The notes: a model not told the origin generated them from the letters alone. A stretch of DNA of 64,000 nt from Bacteroidota bacterium (GCA_025361565.1 JANYKN010000116.1:284470-348469); one strand, 5' to 3'. Positions 37,637 through 48,170 are shown, numbered from the stretch's first letter. Numbers and translations are program-made.

Positions 37637-37765
37637 GAAAAATACTATGGAAAAGAAGTATACGGTGGAACAGGAATTGGCCTTACTATTGTAAAAAAAA
37701 ATATGGAAAACCATGGATTGTTCAATTCTAAATCAATGTTCTTAAACGCACCTTGCATAAAATAA
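37637..37765 (+). pseudogene. Histidine-kinase HATPase_c C-terminal relic
   Basis: The isolated reading frame EKYYGKEVYGGTGIGLTIVKKNMENHG.. is the G2-box end of a sensor kinase. No upstream HisKA or sensor ORF is present. Confidence 0.6.
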
Positions 37766-37844
37766 GCTGTCCATCAATTAATGTTAAGTCTTTTGTATTT
37801 AGGAGTTTCTGCTCCTAAAATTCAAAAATAGCTAAATTTATTTT

Positions 37845-38135
37845 TCAATCCTCTTCTATTAATTCATTCAAATCTGCATTTCCAGGTTTCTTTTTAAACC
37901 AATTCAATGGATTAAACCAATATTTGTACTTATTAAATATTTCTTTTCCTAATAAAAATCCACCCATGTAGAAAAGCACTTCAGCCAATATAAACAATAT
38001 AGTTGCAAGGGTTATTTTAATTCTCTTTTCAATTGCAAGAAATGGGAATATCATGAGTAAAACAAAAAACAGGGTAGAAATTGCTATCAATATCACTCCT
38101 GATTTAAATTTGATGCTTTTCTCTTTCCATTTCAT
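37845..38135 (-). CDS. Small membrane protein (2 TM)
   Basis: 96 aa with two hydrophobic helices and a basic/acidic C-tail. No family was recognised with certainty. Confidence 0.45.
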   Translation of the reverse strand: MKWKEKSIKFKSGVILIAISTLFFVLLMIFPFLAIEKRIKITLATILFILAEVLFYMGGFLLGKEIFNKYKYWFNPLNWFKKKPGNADLNELIEED

Positions 38136-38377
38136 AAATCATTCCGATTTAAATATTCATAAAGACTTGCTATGTCTGAATTTTAAATCTCTTCAACTTT
38201 AAGATTTAATTAAGCAAACTTACTATTAAAAAATGGAATCAATATGGATAAAAATAGAAATGTGAAAAATCTTGTTTTTTCACAAACAAAATCTTTCACA
38301 TTTTAAAAATATACTATAAAATCAGAATTATTAATTTATCTAATTTCATCAAGGCATTTATATAAGGAAACGCTTCC

Positions 38378-38800
38378 TTATTTTTTCACTTTCATGTATT
38401 CATTGATTTCATTTTCAAAACCAGCTTTTTCCATAGCTCCAACCATTTTTTTCGGTTCACCTTTTACAGGAATGAATAAAAAAGTTGGTATTCCTGTTAT
38501 TCCAAATGCTGAAGCAACTCTTGGGCTATTATCAGTATTTACTTTGTAAACAATAATCTTTGTGCCATATTCGCTTGCCAACTGCTCAAGAAAAGGAGCA
38601 ACATAACGGCAAGGGCCGCACCAATCTGCATAGAAATCAACTATTGCTGGAGTATTTCCTTCGTATTTCCAACTTTTATTTTTATCAAAATCATAAACTT
38701 TTGACTTAAAACCAGCTTCATCGAGGTGTTCTGGTGTTTGAGCCAAGGTTGTAAAGCCAACAATAATCAATAATCCAACGAGCAATGTTATTTTTTTCAT
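38378..38800 (-). CDS. Exported thioredoxin-family protein
   Basis: 140 aa with the signal peptide MKKITLLVGLLIIVGFTTLAQ and the active site DFYADWCGPC. Confidence 0.85.
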   Translation of the reverse strand: MKKITLLVGLLIIVGFTTLAQTPEHLDEAGFKSKVYDFDKNKSWKYEGNTPAIVDFYADWCGPCRYVAPFLEQLASEYGTKIIVYKVNTDNSPRVASAFGITGIPTFLFIPVKGEPKKMVGAMEKAGFENEINEYMKVKK

Positions 38801-39086
38801 CTTACCAAATCTGTTATTTAATATTTTAATTTATTCTATTCAGTTATAAAACTTTAAATTTGATCATTTATTGCAATTTAAATTTGATTTCAATTTAGAA
38901 TGATGAAAATTAAATATTTTTTACCGATATAATTACCATTTTAACTTTCTATAATTCCACTAATTTGTACAATCAATTCACAGCGTTTTTAAAACTTTCA
39001 ATATCAATAAATTGCAAGTTGTGCGATTCAATAAATCTTGTCAGTGAAATAAGGAATTAATCCGGAAAAAACTGTTCTTTCAATTT

Positions 39087-39455
39087 TTAGTTAGCCTCAA
39101 CTTTTAAAACATCGGCAATTGCTCCTTTAAATTGTTCTTTAGACATTGCACCAACAGCCATCTGAGGTTGACCATCTTTTGGGACAAACAATAATGAAGG
39201 AATACTTTGAATTCCGAACATACCAGCTAAATTTCGTTCTGCTTCAGTATCTATTTTATAGATATTTATTTTGCCATCGAAATCTTTTTGCAATTCTTCC
39301 AAAATCGGAGCTACCATTTTACATGGCCCACACCAATCTGCGTAGAAATCAATCAAACAAGGCAGCTCACCTTCAAATTTCCAATCTTTGTTTGTTTCGA
39401 AATTAAATACCTTTTGTTTAAAGGTTTCTTCTGTTAAAAACTCAACTTTAGCCAT
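39087..39455 (-). CDS. Thioredoxin (cytoplasmic type with short N-extension)
   Basis: 122 aa with the active site DFYADWCGPC and the cis-Pro loop GIQSIPSLLF. Confidence 0.88.
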   Translation of the reverse strand: MAKVEFLTEETFKQKVFNFETNKDWKFEGELPCLIDFYADWCGPCKMVAPILEELQKDFDGKINIYKIDTEAERNLAGMFGIQSIPSLLFVPKDGQPQMAVGAMSKEQFKGAIADVLKVEAN

Positions 39456-39661
39456 TTTATTAATTTTAATTTATTAAATATTTCGCTGTTGGTTCAAACC
39501 ATATACCAAATTGAAATCCTAAATGTTTTTTCAAATTTATAGCTAAATTATTGTAATTTTGTCATTCATTTTGGAGTATAAATAATTAATTAAAATAGAA
39601 ACTGATATATTGACAGATTCACATATGTTAATTTGTCTGTTTTTCAAATATAAAGATTTTT

Positions 39662-41071
39662 GTGATTGAATTTTTAAAACACCCCGTTTTTAACATTATT
39701 TCAGAAATAGCTGCCATCGAAAATACACAGGTTTACGTTGTGGGCGGATTTGTAAGGGACGCATTACTTGGAAAGCCCTCAAAAGATATTGATATTGTTG
39801 TTATTGGTAGTGGCATTGAATTGGCAGAAAAAATTAATAAAAGAATCCCTGGACAGGGAAGGCTTTCTGTTTTTAAAAACTTTGGCACTGCCATGATCAA
39901 ATACAATGATTGGGAAATCGAATTTGTTGGAGCAAGGAAAGAATCATACAGACTTGATTCGCGAAAACCAATTGTAGAAAATGGAACACTTCAGGACGAT
40001 CAAAACCGTCGTGATTTTACCATTAATGCTATGGCAATAAGCCTAAACCCTAAGACATACGGACAATTCGTGGATCCCTTTAATGGAATAGACGATTTGA
40101 AAAATAAAATAATTCGGACACCTGTTGATCCAATAATCACTTTTTCTGATGATCCTTTACGTATGATGCGAGCTATTCGGTTTGCATCGCAACTTCATTT
40201 TACAATTGTTCCTGAAGCTCTTGATGCTATTAAAAATCAATGCGATAGGATAAATATTGTTTCCGGGGAACGGATAATGGATGAACTGAATAAAATAATA
40301 TTGGGTTCAATTCCATCATTTGGATTTAAACTTTTAGACCAAACAGGTTTGCTTCCCATTATTTTTCCGGAAATGGCTAAATTGAAAGGAATAGAAAAAA
40401 TTGAAGGCAAAGGACATAAGGATAATTTTTATCATACGCTTAAAGTACTAGACAATATTAGCATAAACACAAATGATTTATGGTTAAGATGGGCGGCCAT
40501 TTTACATGATATTGCCAAACCCGAAACTAAAAGATATACTGAATCTGGCTGGACTTTTCATGGACATGACGCATTGGGAGCTAAAATGGTACCTGAAATA
40601 TTTAGAAAAATGAAATTGCCCCTAAACCAAAAAATGAAATTTGTACAGAAAATGGTTTTGCTTCATCTTCGGCCAATTGCGTTGGCAAAAGAAGTTGTAA
40701 CCGATTCAGCTGTAAGAAGGCTCTTGGCAGAGGCAGAGAACGATGTAGACGATTTAATGGTTTTGTGCGAAGCGGACATTACGTCGAAAGACGATGGGAA
40801 GGTAAAAAAGTATATGGCAAATTTCAAGTTAGTGAGGCAAAAACTAAAAGAAGTTGAAGAAAAAGATGCCATCCGTAATTTTCAGCCCCCAATTTCTGGC
40901 GAATTGATCATTGAAACTTTTAAATTAAAACCTTCTAAAGTTGTTGGCGAAATAAAGCAAAGCATCAAAGATGCCATTCTAGATGGAAAAATCAGGAATA
41001 ATTACGAAGAAGCTTTTCAATTTATGCTGCAAGAAGGAAAAAGATTAGGTTTGAGCCTCCCTGGTATTTAA
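39662..41071 (+). CDS. CCA tRNA nucleotidyltransferase / poly(A) polymerase family with HD domain
   Basis: 469 aa with a GTG start, the blocks [20 protein letters not shown] and [10 protein letters not shown], and an HD region ([13 protein letters not shown]). Confidence 0.85.
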   Translation: MIEFLKHPVFNIISEIAAIENTQVYVVGGFVRDALLGKPSKDIDIVVIGSGIELAEKINKRIPGQGRLSVFKNFGTAMIKYNDWEIEFVGARKESYRLDSRKPIVENGTLQDDQNRRDFTINAMAISLNPKTYGQFVDPFNGIDDLKNKIIRTPVDPIITFSDDPLRMMRAIRFASQLHFTIVPEALDAIKNQCDRINIVSGERIMDELNKIILGSIPSFGFKLLDQTGLLPIIFPEMAKLKGIEKIEGKGHKDNFYHTLKVLDNISINTNDLWLRWAAILHDIAKPETKRYTESGWTFHGHDALGAKMVPEIFRKMKLPLNQKMKFVQKMVLLHLRPIALAKEVVTDSAVRRLLAEAENDVDDLMVLCEADITSKDDGKVKKYMANFKLVRQKLKEVEEKDAIRNFQPPISGELIIETFKLKPSKVVGEIKQSIKDAILDGKIRNNYEEAFQFMLQEGKRLGLSLPGI

Positions 41072-41096
41072 AAGTTATTCAATAGAGAATAAAACT

Positions 41097-41140
41097 TAAA
41101 AACCTGAAGATTATCTACTTGATCTTCAGGTTTTTATTTT
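41097..41140. terminator. Bidirectional intrinsic terminator
   Basis: The 11-bp stem AACCTGAAGAT/ATCTTCAGGTT (41101-41111 / 41122-41132) is A-rich upstream and T-rich downstream, between convergent genes. Confidence 0.8.
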
Positions 41141-41160
41141 GATAATTAATTAATTTAAGG

Positions 41161-44100
41161 TTAAGATTTTTCTTTTGTTCTCTCCAAACTTAATCCCGAT
41201 AGAAAATCAACAAGTCTTTTTAACACATTAAATATTAGAAAAAAATACATCATAATAATAGCGAACCAAATTACTGCCACGTCAAACCATACTGCGTCAA
41301 TGGATTTACCAAATATGATTTTTTCAGCAGCATAAAAATGTGCTCTTCCATAATTTGTTTCCGGTGTTTTAAAAATGGGATCTTTTATTTGAAAAAGCTT
41401 ATGTTTTGGAGTTTCTACAATTTTTTTAACCTCATTTTTGTTCAAAACCATTTCAGCAAGACGCTTATTATAATAATCTTCTTTTAGTGCTGAAACTTTA
41501 TCGGCACTTCCCAATTTCTTTGTTAATTTTGAATAAATTTCATCTTTTTTGGTATTGATCTGATATGTTTTATTTCGGTAATAATTGGTCAAATCAGCAA
41601 TATACTTAGTAGCAAGTGAACCTGTTTCAATATTAAATTTCTTAGAATCTAAATTTTCTATTGATTCAAAAGGCACTTCAGGTACTTCATTTTTCAAGAT
41701 ATTAAATTCATTTTTAATTAGTCGAAGGTCATTTTCATACTGAAATCCCACACTGTCATTTTGAAGGTTTTTTATACTTCTGTCTACTCTCGATTGTAAT
41801 TCTGGTAATCGAAACATCGATTGAAATGATACAAAACTGATTTCTTTTTCTACATCGAAAAAATATTTTTCATATTCATTATTTTTAAACTGGTTAACTG
41901 CAAGTGCTTCGTATGCCCATCTCGAAATCATCAAATCGCCAATAATAGGCACGTTTTCAATTGACATAAAATTTTTGTGCAGTTTGTTAAAACTAACTAT
42001 TACTCCACTAAAAAGCAACTGTGGCACCAATATAAACGGAATGGTTATATATATGGTTACTACCGAATTGAGCGCTGACGAAATATTAAGCCCTATTAAA
42101 TTTGCAGATGCAATTGTAGAAAAAATAATAATAAAATAATTGATTGTCATCCATTTAATTCCCAAAATAAAATTCCCTACAAGAATTAGAGAAATAGCCT
42201 GAACTGCTGCCAAAATAAAAAGAATAATAATTTTTGAATTCAAGTAACTTGCCCAACTCAAATGTAAAAATGATTCCCTTTTCAAGATTTTTCTATCACG
42301 TATAATTTCTTCTGCACTTACAGTGAGTCCTATAAAAAGAGCAACTATCACGCACATAAATAAATATGCCGGAATATTTTCATTTTCACTGAATAGGTAA
42401 ACATTTGGATCATCAGGAGTTCCACTTATATACTTGGTAAAATATCCTAGTATTACTGCAAGCAATGGAGCTTCAAGAAAGTTGATCAATAAATATTGTT
42501 TGTTTGTAAGTTTAGACAATAAGTTTCTAATACTAAATATTTTAAACTGTTCAAACTTATTAGGTATTTTAAACTTATTTTTAGGCAAAGGCAATTTTTC
42601 AGTCAATACAGGAAGCTTGATGTTTTTGTATATTTTTTCCTTAAACTGATTATACCATTCTTGAGGTGTTACTTTTCGTACACGAGTGAATTTACCATAT
42701 TCGTTAACAATCTTAGATTCAAGTATTTGCAATGATTGTTCTGGATTAACGTTACCACAAACAGCACATTCGCTCTCATCGGCATTTACATGTTTGCTTG
42801 CCGTTTTAAAGTATACAACGGCATCAATAGGATTTCCATAATAAACCGGATAGCCGCCTTTATCCAAAATAAACAATCGGTCGAAGAGTTTATATATATC
42901 TGAAGATGGCTGATGAATATTAACTATTACCAGTTTTCCTTTTAGTGTTTGTTCTTTCAACAGGCTCATAACTATCTCAGAATCCTGAGATGACAAACCG
43001 GATGTTGGCTCATCAACAATAAGAACAGAAGGTTCGCGCATTAATTCCAATGCAATATTTAATCGTTTGCGCTGCCCACCACTGATATATTTATTTAATG
43101 GATCTCCAACTTTAAGTTCCTTAATTTCAATAAGTTCCAAGTCTAAGAGTACTTGTTCAACTACTTTTTGAATTTCTTCTTCATTAAAAAGACTAAAGCA
43201 AAGTTTTGCGTTATAATACAAGTTCTGGTATACGGTTAATTCCTCAATTAATAAATCATCTTGAGGAACAAAACCGATTACACCTTCCAATGCATCTTTG
43301 TCCTTATATAAATCATACCCATTGATTGTAATTTTTCCTGAAGTCAATGGTATGTTTCCAATTAATATATTAAGAAGTGTAGATTTACCTACACCACTTC
43401 CACCCATAATACCAACTAAATTACCTGATTCTTCCGAAAAGCTGAAATGTTGAATTCCATTCGAAGAATTCTTAAACTTAAACTCAATGTCCTCGGCAAT
43501 AAATATGATTTTAGCAGATCCATCATCGTGAATAAAATGTCCTGCAACATCGGTATAATAAACAGGACTTATGCGTTTTCCTTTAATAACTGAGCCATTT
43601 TCAAAAACATAGGTTCGATTTGGCTTAATATTCTGGGCATTCAGATATAAACTATCTTCTCCTTTATATTGAAGCAAATAAGTATTGGTAGAACTTACAT
43701 GAAGAAATGCTATTTCACCATTTAAATTATAGTCAGTTAAATGAATAATAGCATTTTCATTTTCTTCATTTGCAACAATTTTAGATACTTCTTCCAATGA
43801 TTTATTATCAATTAAAAGAACTTTCTTTTGGTTTTTTATTTGATCTATGCCATCAATTATAAACGCTTTTAATTCAAGATATTCTTCTTCGCTGATGTTA
43901 AAAGTATCCGCAACTGTTTTTATGAAATCCAGTTCTTTTTCACTAACAGCATTATCTTCGTGAATAAATTCCAGCAAACGAATTAATACAATAATTTTCT
44001 CCCGTTGCTCAAGCTGCTCATTTATTTCATGGCAAATCATTAAAACCTTGACAGAATTAAGGGATGTTCGTTTTCGCTCTTTTTGAACTTCCTCTGCAGA

Positions 44101-44286
44101 CTTTTTATGGTGAGTACCTAAATATTCGTCAAAAAGAAAAAGGTACTCTTGCACCAATGAACTGTTTAATTGCAAACCAAGATATGATTCCACTATCTGT
44201 CGGGCATTCACAGATACCCCGTCTTTATTTACATTCGCTACAATGGCGAATAATCTCATCAATGCACGTAAAATCGATTCATTCAT
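41161..44286 (-). CDS. ABCG-like fused ATPase-permease with a long regulatory N-terminus
   Basis: 1041 aa with Walker A GGSGVGKSTLLN, signature ISGGQRKRLNIALELM and Walker B VLIVDEPTSGLS, followed by an ABC-2-type 6-TM block and a ~230-aa C-terminal extension ending in a final TM. The N-terminal ~280 aa precede the ATPase. Confidence 0.8.
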   Translation of the reverse strand: MNESILRALMRLFAIVANVNKDGVSVNARQIVESYLGLQLNSSLVQEYLFLFDEYLGTHHKKSAEEVQKERKRTSLNSVKVLMICHEINEQLEQREKIIVLIRLLEFIHEDNAVSEKELDFIKTVADTFNISEEEYLELKAFIIDGIDQIKNQKKVLLIDNKSLEEVSKIVANEENENAIIHLTDYNLNGEIAFLHVSSTNTYLLQYKGEDSLYLNAQNIKPNRTYVFENGSVIKGKRISPVYYTDVAGHFIHDDGSAKIIFIAEDIEFKFKNSSNGIQHFSFSEESGNLVGIMGGSGVGKSTLLNILIGNIPLTSGKITINGYDLYKDKDALEGVIGFVPQDDLLIEELTVYQNLYYNAKLCFSLFNEEEIQKVVEQVLLDLELIEIKELKVGDPLNKYISGGQRKRLNIALELMREPSVLIVDEPTSGLSSQDSEIVMSLLKEQTLKGKLVIVNIHQPSSDIYKLFDRLFILDKGGYPVYYGNPIDAVVYFKTASKHVNADESECAVCGNVNPEQSLQILESKIVNEYGKFTRVRKVTPQEWYNQFKEKIYKNIKLPVLTEKLPLPKNKFKIPNKFEQFKIFSIRNLLSKLTNKQYLLINFLEAPLLAVILGYFTKYISGTPDDPNVYLFSENENIPAYLFMCVIVALFIGLTVSAEEIIRDRKILKRESFLHLSWASYLNSKIIILFILAAVQAISLILVGNFILGIKWMTINYFIIIFSTIASANLIGLNISSALNSVVTIYITIPFILVPQLLFSGVIVSFNKLHKNFMSIENVPIIGDLMISRWAYEALAVNQFKNNEYEKYFFDVEKEISFVSFQSMFRLPELQSRVDRSIKNLQNDSVGFQYENDLRLIKNEFNILKNEVPEVPFESIENLDSKKFNIETGSLATKYIADLTNYYRNKTYQINTKKDEIYSKLTKKLGSADKVSALKEDYYNKRLAEMVLNKNEVKKIVETPKHKLFQIKDPIFKTPETNYGRAHFYAAEKIIFGKSIDAVWFDVAVIWFAIIMMYFFLIFNVLKRLVDFLSGLSLERTKEKS

Positions 44287-44695
44287 TCTTCAGGTTTTCG
44301 ATGATTGAAAAAAAACATAAAATTTTGAATCCGCAATTTAATAAATAATCTTTAAAGTGAGCAGATTTTATCCATTTGTATGAAAATGAAATAAAGTTTA
44401 GAAATTATAATGCTTTAATAATCAAGCACTAATTCGGATTTGAATTATATAATTGTATTCGTTAAAAAAGTTCAATTGTACTTCACGTCCGTTGCTCAAA
44501 CTGTTTAAATATTTATTTTATTTTGATAATTCAGATATTTAATACATTACACTGAATAAATAATCACATTTTAAATAATTTTAATACCATCTTTTATTTG
44601 GGAATAAGATTTTTATTATTGGAAAAAAGTCATATTTTTGAGCCTAATTTTGCGATTAAACCGCACTTTTTACAACCTAATAACAAATTTAATTT

Positions 44696-46102
44696 ATGGA
44701 ACAGAAAACAAACAGTAATCTTCGCCTTGGCATGACCTTTATGGCATCAATCTTTTTCATTTTTGGGTTTATAACCAACTTTAACATTGCTATGAAAGAT
44801 CAAGTTCAGTTAGCTTTTGACCTAACTAACTTTGAGGCACAATTAGTCAATTTCTCATTTTTCATAGCTTATGCAGTTTTCAGCTTTCTTTGTGGGATGA
44901 TTATTAAAAAAATTGGTTACAAGAGTGGTGTAATTACTGGTCTTGCACTTGTTGCCCTAGGTAGCTATATGTTCTTTCCAGCTGTAGCTGTGCTTTCTTA
45001 TCCTTTATTTCTATTAGCAGTATTTGTAATGGCAACAGGGGTTGTATTTCTGCAAACTGCTGCTAATCCTTACGTTGCAGCATTGGGACCCCAAGACACA
45101 GCTCCTGCCAGATTGAATCTTACACAAGCTTTGAATGGAGTAGCAACTACAATTGCACCTTTCCTTGCTGGTATTTTGGTTCTGGCACCTGCAGTTTTGG
45201 CAATAAATAACGGATCAACAGCTGCTGAAGCAGCCAAATTTGTACAAATGCCTTTTATAATTATTGGAAGCATAGTTATATTAATTGCTATTGGAATAGC
45301 ATTTATAAAACTTCCGACAATTGCCGGGGACAGCACTATTTCATCGAAATCAGTTTTTAAAAAACCACAAGTTTGGCTTGGAGCTATAGGTATTTTTTGT
45401 TATGTTGGAGCAGAAGTAGGAACTGCATCGCAAATTGCTCCTTATTTAAAAGACAGTGGATTTGCAACCGATGTTGCTGTCAAACTTTCGGCTATATACT
45501 GGGGCGGCGCAATGATTGGTCGTTTTTACGGTTCAATATTGCTTAGTGGACTTTCTTTAGCCAAAAAATATCAATACTCTGCTTTTGTTATGGTATTTGC
45601 TTTCTTTGTAGGATGGTTCATTACTTCTGCATCGGTTACAAATGGTCAGTTTGTATTTGAATCGCAGCCATTAAACGGTCTTATTTTTCTTGTTATTGCA
45701 GTTGCAAACTTCTTTTTAATGATGCTTGGAAAAGGTAAAGCCAATGTTGCACTTGGAATCTTTGGAGCTGTAAATATGCTCCTGATCATTGCGGCAGCTA
45801 TGGTTCCTGCTACAATCGGGATGTGGTGCCTACTTTCAATAGGATTCTTCAACTCTATCATGTTCCCCAATATTTTTGCTCTAAGTGTAAGGGATTTGGA
45901 TCCTTCCGAAATGCCTTTGGCATCAGGGATTATTAATACCTTAATTGTTGGTGGAGCTATCATTCCGCTATTAATGGGCTCGCTGACAGATTTATTCACA
46001 GCTCGTTGGGCATTATTAATTCCAATTCTTTGTTACGCTTATATCGCTTTCTTTGCGTTAAAAGGTAGCAAAATAAGATCATCAAATTTAAATGTAGGAT
46101 AA
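44696..46102 (+). CDS. MFS sugar:H+ symporter (FucP/GluP family), second copy
   Basis: 468 aa with 12 TM segments and the shared blocks FFIFGFITNFN, LQTAANPYVAALG and FFALKGSK, also present in 29767..31038. Confidence 0.85.
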   Translation: MEQKTNSNLRLGMTFMASIFFIFGFITNFNIAMKDQVQLAFDLTNFEAQLVNFSFFIAYAVFSFLCGMIIKKIGYKSGVITGLALVALGSYMFFPAVAVLSYPLFLLAVFVMATGVVFLQTAANPYVAALGPQDTAPARLNLTQALNGVATTIAPFLAGILVLAPAVLAINNGSTAAEAAKFVQMPFIIIGSIVILIAIGIAFIKLPTIAGDSTISSKSVFKKPQVWLGAIGIFCYVGAEVGTASQIAPYLKDSGFATDVAVKLSAIYWGGAMIGRFYGSILLSGLSLAKKYQYSAFVMVFAFFVGWFITSASVTNGQFVFESQPLNGLIFLVIAVANFFLMMLGKGKANVALGIFGAVNMLLIIAAAMVPATIGMWCLLSIGFFNSIMFPNIFALSVRDLDPSEMPLASGIINTLIVGGAIIPLLMGSLTDLFTARWALLIPILCYAYIAFFALKGSKIRSSNLNVG

Positions 46103-46235
46103 TCCAATAATGGATAAAGAGGAAATGAGAACACTGGTTTACTTATTTCCTCCTTTTCTAATTTATGATGGATTTATTAAGTTTAAATAAAAAATAATAT
46201 AATCATTACTTAACTATTATTCAAATATTTAAAAA

Positions 46236-47216
46236 ATGAAAAAAGTAGCAATTGGAATTGATATTGGCGGAACAAATTCGGCCATTGGTGTTGTTGATGA
46301 ATTAGGCAATGTTTTGGTTAAAGATACTATCGATACTCCAAATCATGGAAATATCCAAATGTTCATCGATGATTTAGCAACCGCAATTAAAAAGCAAATA
46401 TCGAATGTTAAATTATTGAATGCAGACTTGGAAATATTGGGAATTGGAATAGGTGCACCAAATGCAAATTATTATAAAGGAACAATAGAACATGCTCCAA
46501 ATCTATCATTTAAAGGTATAATTCCTTTTTCGGATTTATTAAAATCAAAACTACCAGAATACCAGACCATAGCACTTACAAATGATGCCAATGCAGCAGC
46601 TCTTGGCGAAATGATTTATGGAGGAGCAAAAGGCATGAAAAACTTTGCCATGTTTACTCTTGGAACTGGTGTAGGAAGTGGAATAGTCGTCAATGGTGAT
46701 TTGGTTTATGGAAATGATGGTTTTGCAGGCGAATGCGGACATATGATATTAGTTCCTAATGGCAGACACTGTGGTTGTGGTGGACGTGGGCACCTCGAGG
46801 CTTATTGCTCAGCCCCAGGAATGAAAAGGACTGCATTTGAATTATTGGTACTGTATAATGATACTTCAAGCGCTTTGGCAAATAAATCTTTTAATGAACT
46901 TGATTCAAAAATGATTTATGATGCAGCCATGGCAGGAGATAAAATTGCAAATGAGGTATTTGAAATAACCGGAAGTTATCTTGGCCAGGGAATGGCTGAT
47001 ACCGTGCATCATTTGAGTCCTGAAGCTATTTTTCTCTTTGGTGGTCCAACTGCTGCAGGAGATCTGATTTTTGGCCCAACTCAAAGATCTTTGGAGGCAC
47101 ATCTAATGCCTATTTTTAGAAATAAAATCAAAATCCTTCCATCTAAATTAAGTCTTGGTGATGCTGCAATTGTTGGAGCAAGTGCATTGGTTTGGAAAGA
47201 AATTGAAAAAAGATAA
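46236..47216 (+). CDS. ROK-family glucokinase
   Basis: 326 aa with the N-terminal ATP motif GIDIGGTN and the ROK zinc motif GECGHM..GRHCGCGGRGHLEAYCS. Confidence 0.88.
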   Translation: MKKVAIGIDIGGTNSAIGVVDELGNVLVKDTIDTPNHGNIQMFIDDLATAIKKQISNVKLLNADLEILGIGIGAPNANYYKGTIEHAPNLSFKGIIPFSDLLKSKLPEYQTIALTNDANAAALGEMIYGGAKGMKNFAMFTLGTGVGSGIVVNGDLVYGNDGFAGECGHMILVPNGRHCGCGGRGHLEAYCSAPGMKRTAFELLVLYNDTSSALANKSFNELDSKMIYDAAMAGDKIANEVFEITGSYLGQGMADTVHHLSPEAIFLFGGPTAAGDLIFGPTQRSLEAHLMPIFRNKIKILPSKLSLGDAAIVGASALVWKEIEKR

Positions 47217-47233
47217 CATCAATTCTCAATATT

Positions 47234-47271
47234 AAAAAAAGGTCAAACCCAAAACAGGTTTGACCTTTTTT
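47234..47271. terminator. Bidirectional intrinsic terminator
   Basis: An A7 run, the stem GGTCAAACC/GGTTTGACC (47241-47249 / 47257-47265) and a T6 run, between convergent genes. Confidence 0.8.
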
Positions 47272-47321
47272 CTTTTACAAACTTCATTTTATAACATATT
47301 AAATGTGCTTTTGTGATAGCT

Positions 47322-48170
47322 TTAGTATGTTTCAATCACACTCTTCCTAAGCGGATCTATAACTTTTTTTATTTTAACAAAACTTGTTTTCGACAATTGG
47401 GCTCGACCTTCAATCACTATAAGTTCATCAAATATCTTTTTTAAGTCTTTCAACTTTGTACTTATTTCATTAACTTTTTGATTGCCTTTGTAATTTTCCA
47501 TTAGTGGGATTAACTTATTTAAGGTTTCTTTTTGATCGGCGATTCCCTGATAAATATCCTGATACTTATTGGTTAATTCTGCTAATTCAGTTGAAATAAA
47601 CAAACCTTCAATCCAACCTCCTGCTAATATCAACACTGAGATAGCTCCTTTATTATTGTCATTAAGATATTCAAAGGTATTTTTATATGCACAAGTTAAA
47701 ATGAAATAAACAGAATCCTGGTTATCAATATTACGTTCCATTCTACTTGACAAACCCGCGTTACATGATGTTTGAATCTCTAACTCTTCACGAAGTTTTT
47801 TGGTAGATACAAGAAAGTTCAAAGTTTCCTGCGATTTATTGTAAGTAGCCGAATAACTTATATCTGCACCATAAACACCTAAATTTAAGGCTTTTGCTTC
47901 TTCGGTAAAATATTTGTCTGCATTTTCCGGTTTGTTTGAAATATTAAGAATATAGTTTGCTCCAGCTTTGTTTAGCATATTTGAAATTTCAAGAGGTGTA
48001 GGAATTGGGTAAATCAGTTTTTTCAACTGGTTCTCATTAAAAACAGTTGAATCTCCTGAATTTTCATTGATGTTGTCGTTACTGTTATTGCTACAGCCAA
48101 TTATAAAAAAAAATATTGCTGCTACAAAAGTAATAATTTTGGTATTGGGCAGATTCATTATCTTGTTCAT
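47322..48170 (-). CDS. Hypothetical lipoprotein
   Basis: 282 aa with the lipobox FFFIIGCSNNS. No recognisable family. Confidence 0.5.
   Translation of the reverse strand: MNKIMNLPNTKIITFVAAIFFFIIGCSNNSNDNINENSGDSTVFNENQLKKLIYPIPTPLEISNMLNKAGANYILNISNKPENADKYFTEEAKALNLGVYGADISYSATYNKSQETLNFLVSTKKLREELEIQTSCNAGLSSRMERNIDNQDSVYFILTCAYKNTFEYLNDNNKGAISVLILAGGWIEGLFISTELAELTNKYQDIYQGIADQKETLNKLIPLMENYKGNQKVNEISTKLKDLKKIFDELIVIEGRAQLSKTSFVKIKKVIDPLRKSVIETY

Noticed and set aside
44637-44652. TTTG followed by TAATTTTG upstream of the second symporter, as a possible -33/-7 promoter pair
   Set aside because: The two elements are only 4 nt apart, whereas the Bacteroides consensus spacing is about 19-21 nt. 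The TAATTTTG alone may still be a -7 box, but I could not support a full promoter call.
45070-45999. Minus-strand ORFs 45070..45336 and 45646..45999 inside the MFS symporter
   Set aside because: These are antisense shadow ORFs of a 12-TM transporter gene.
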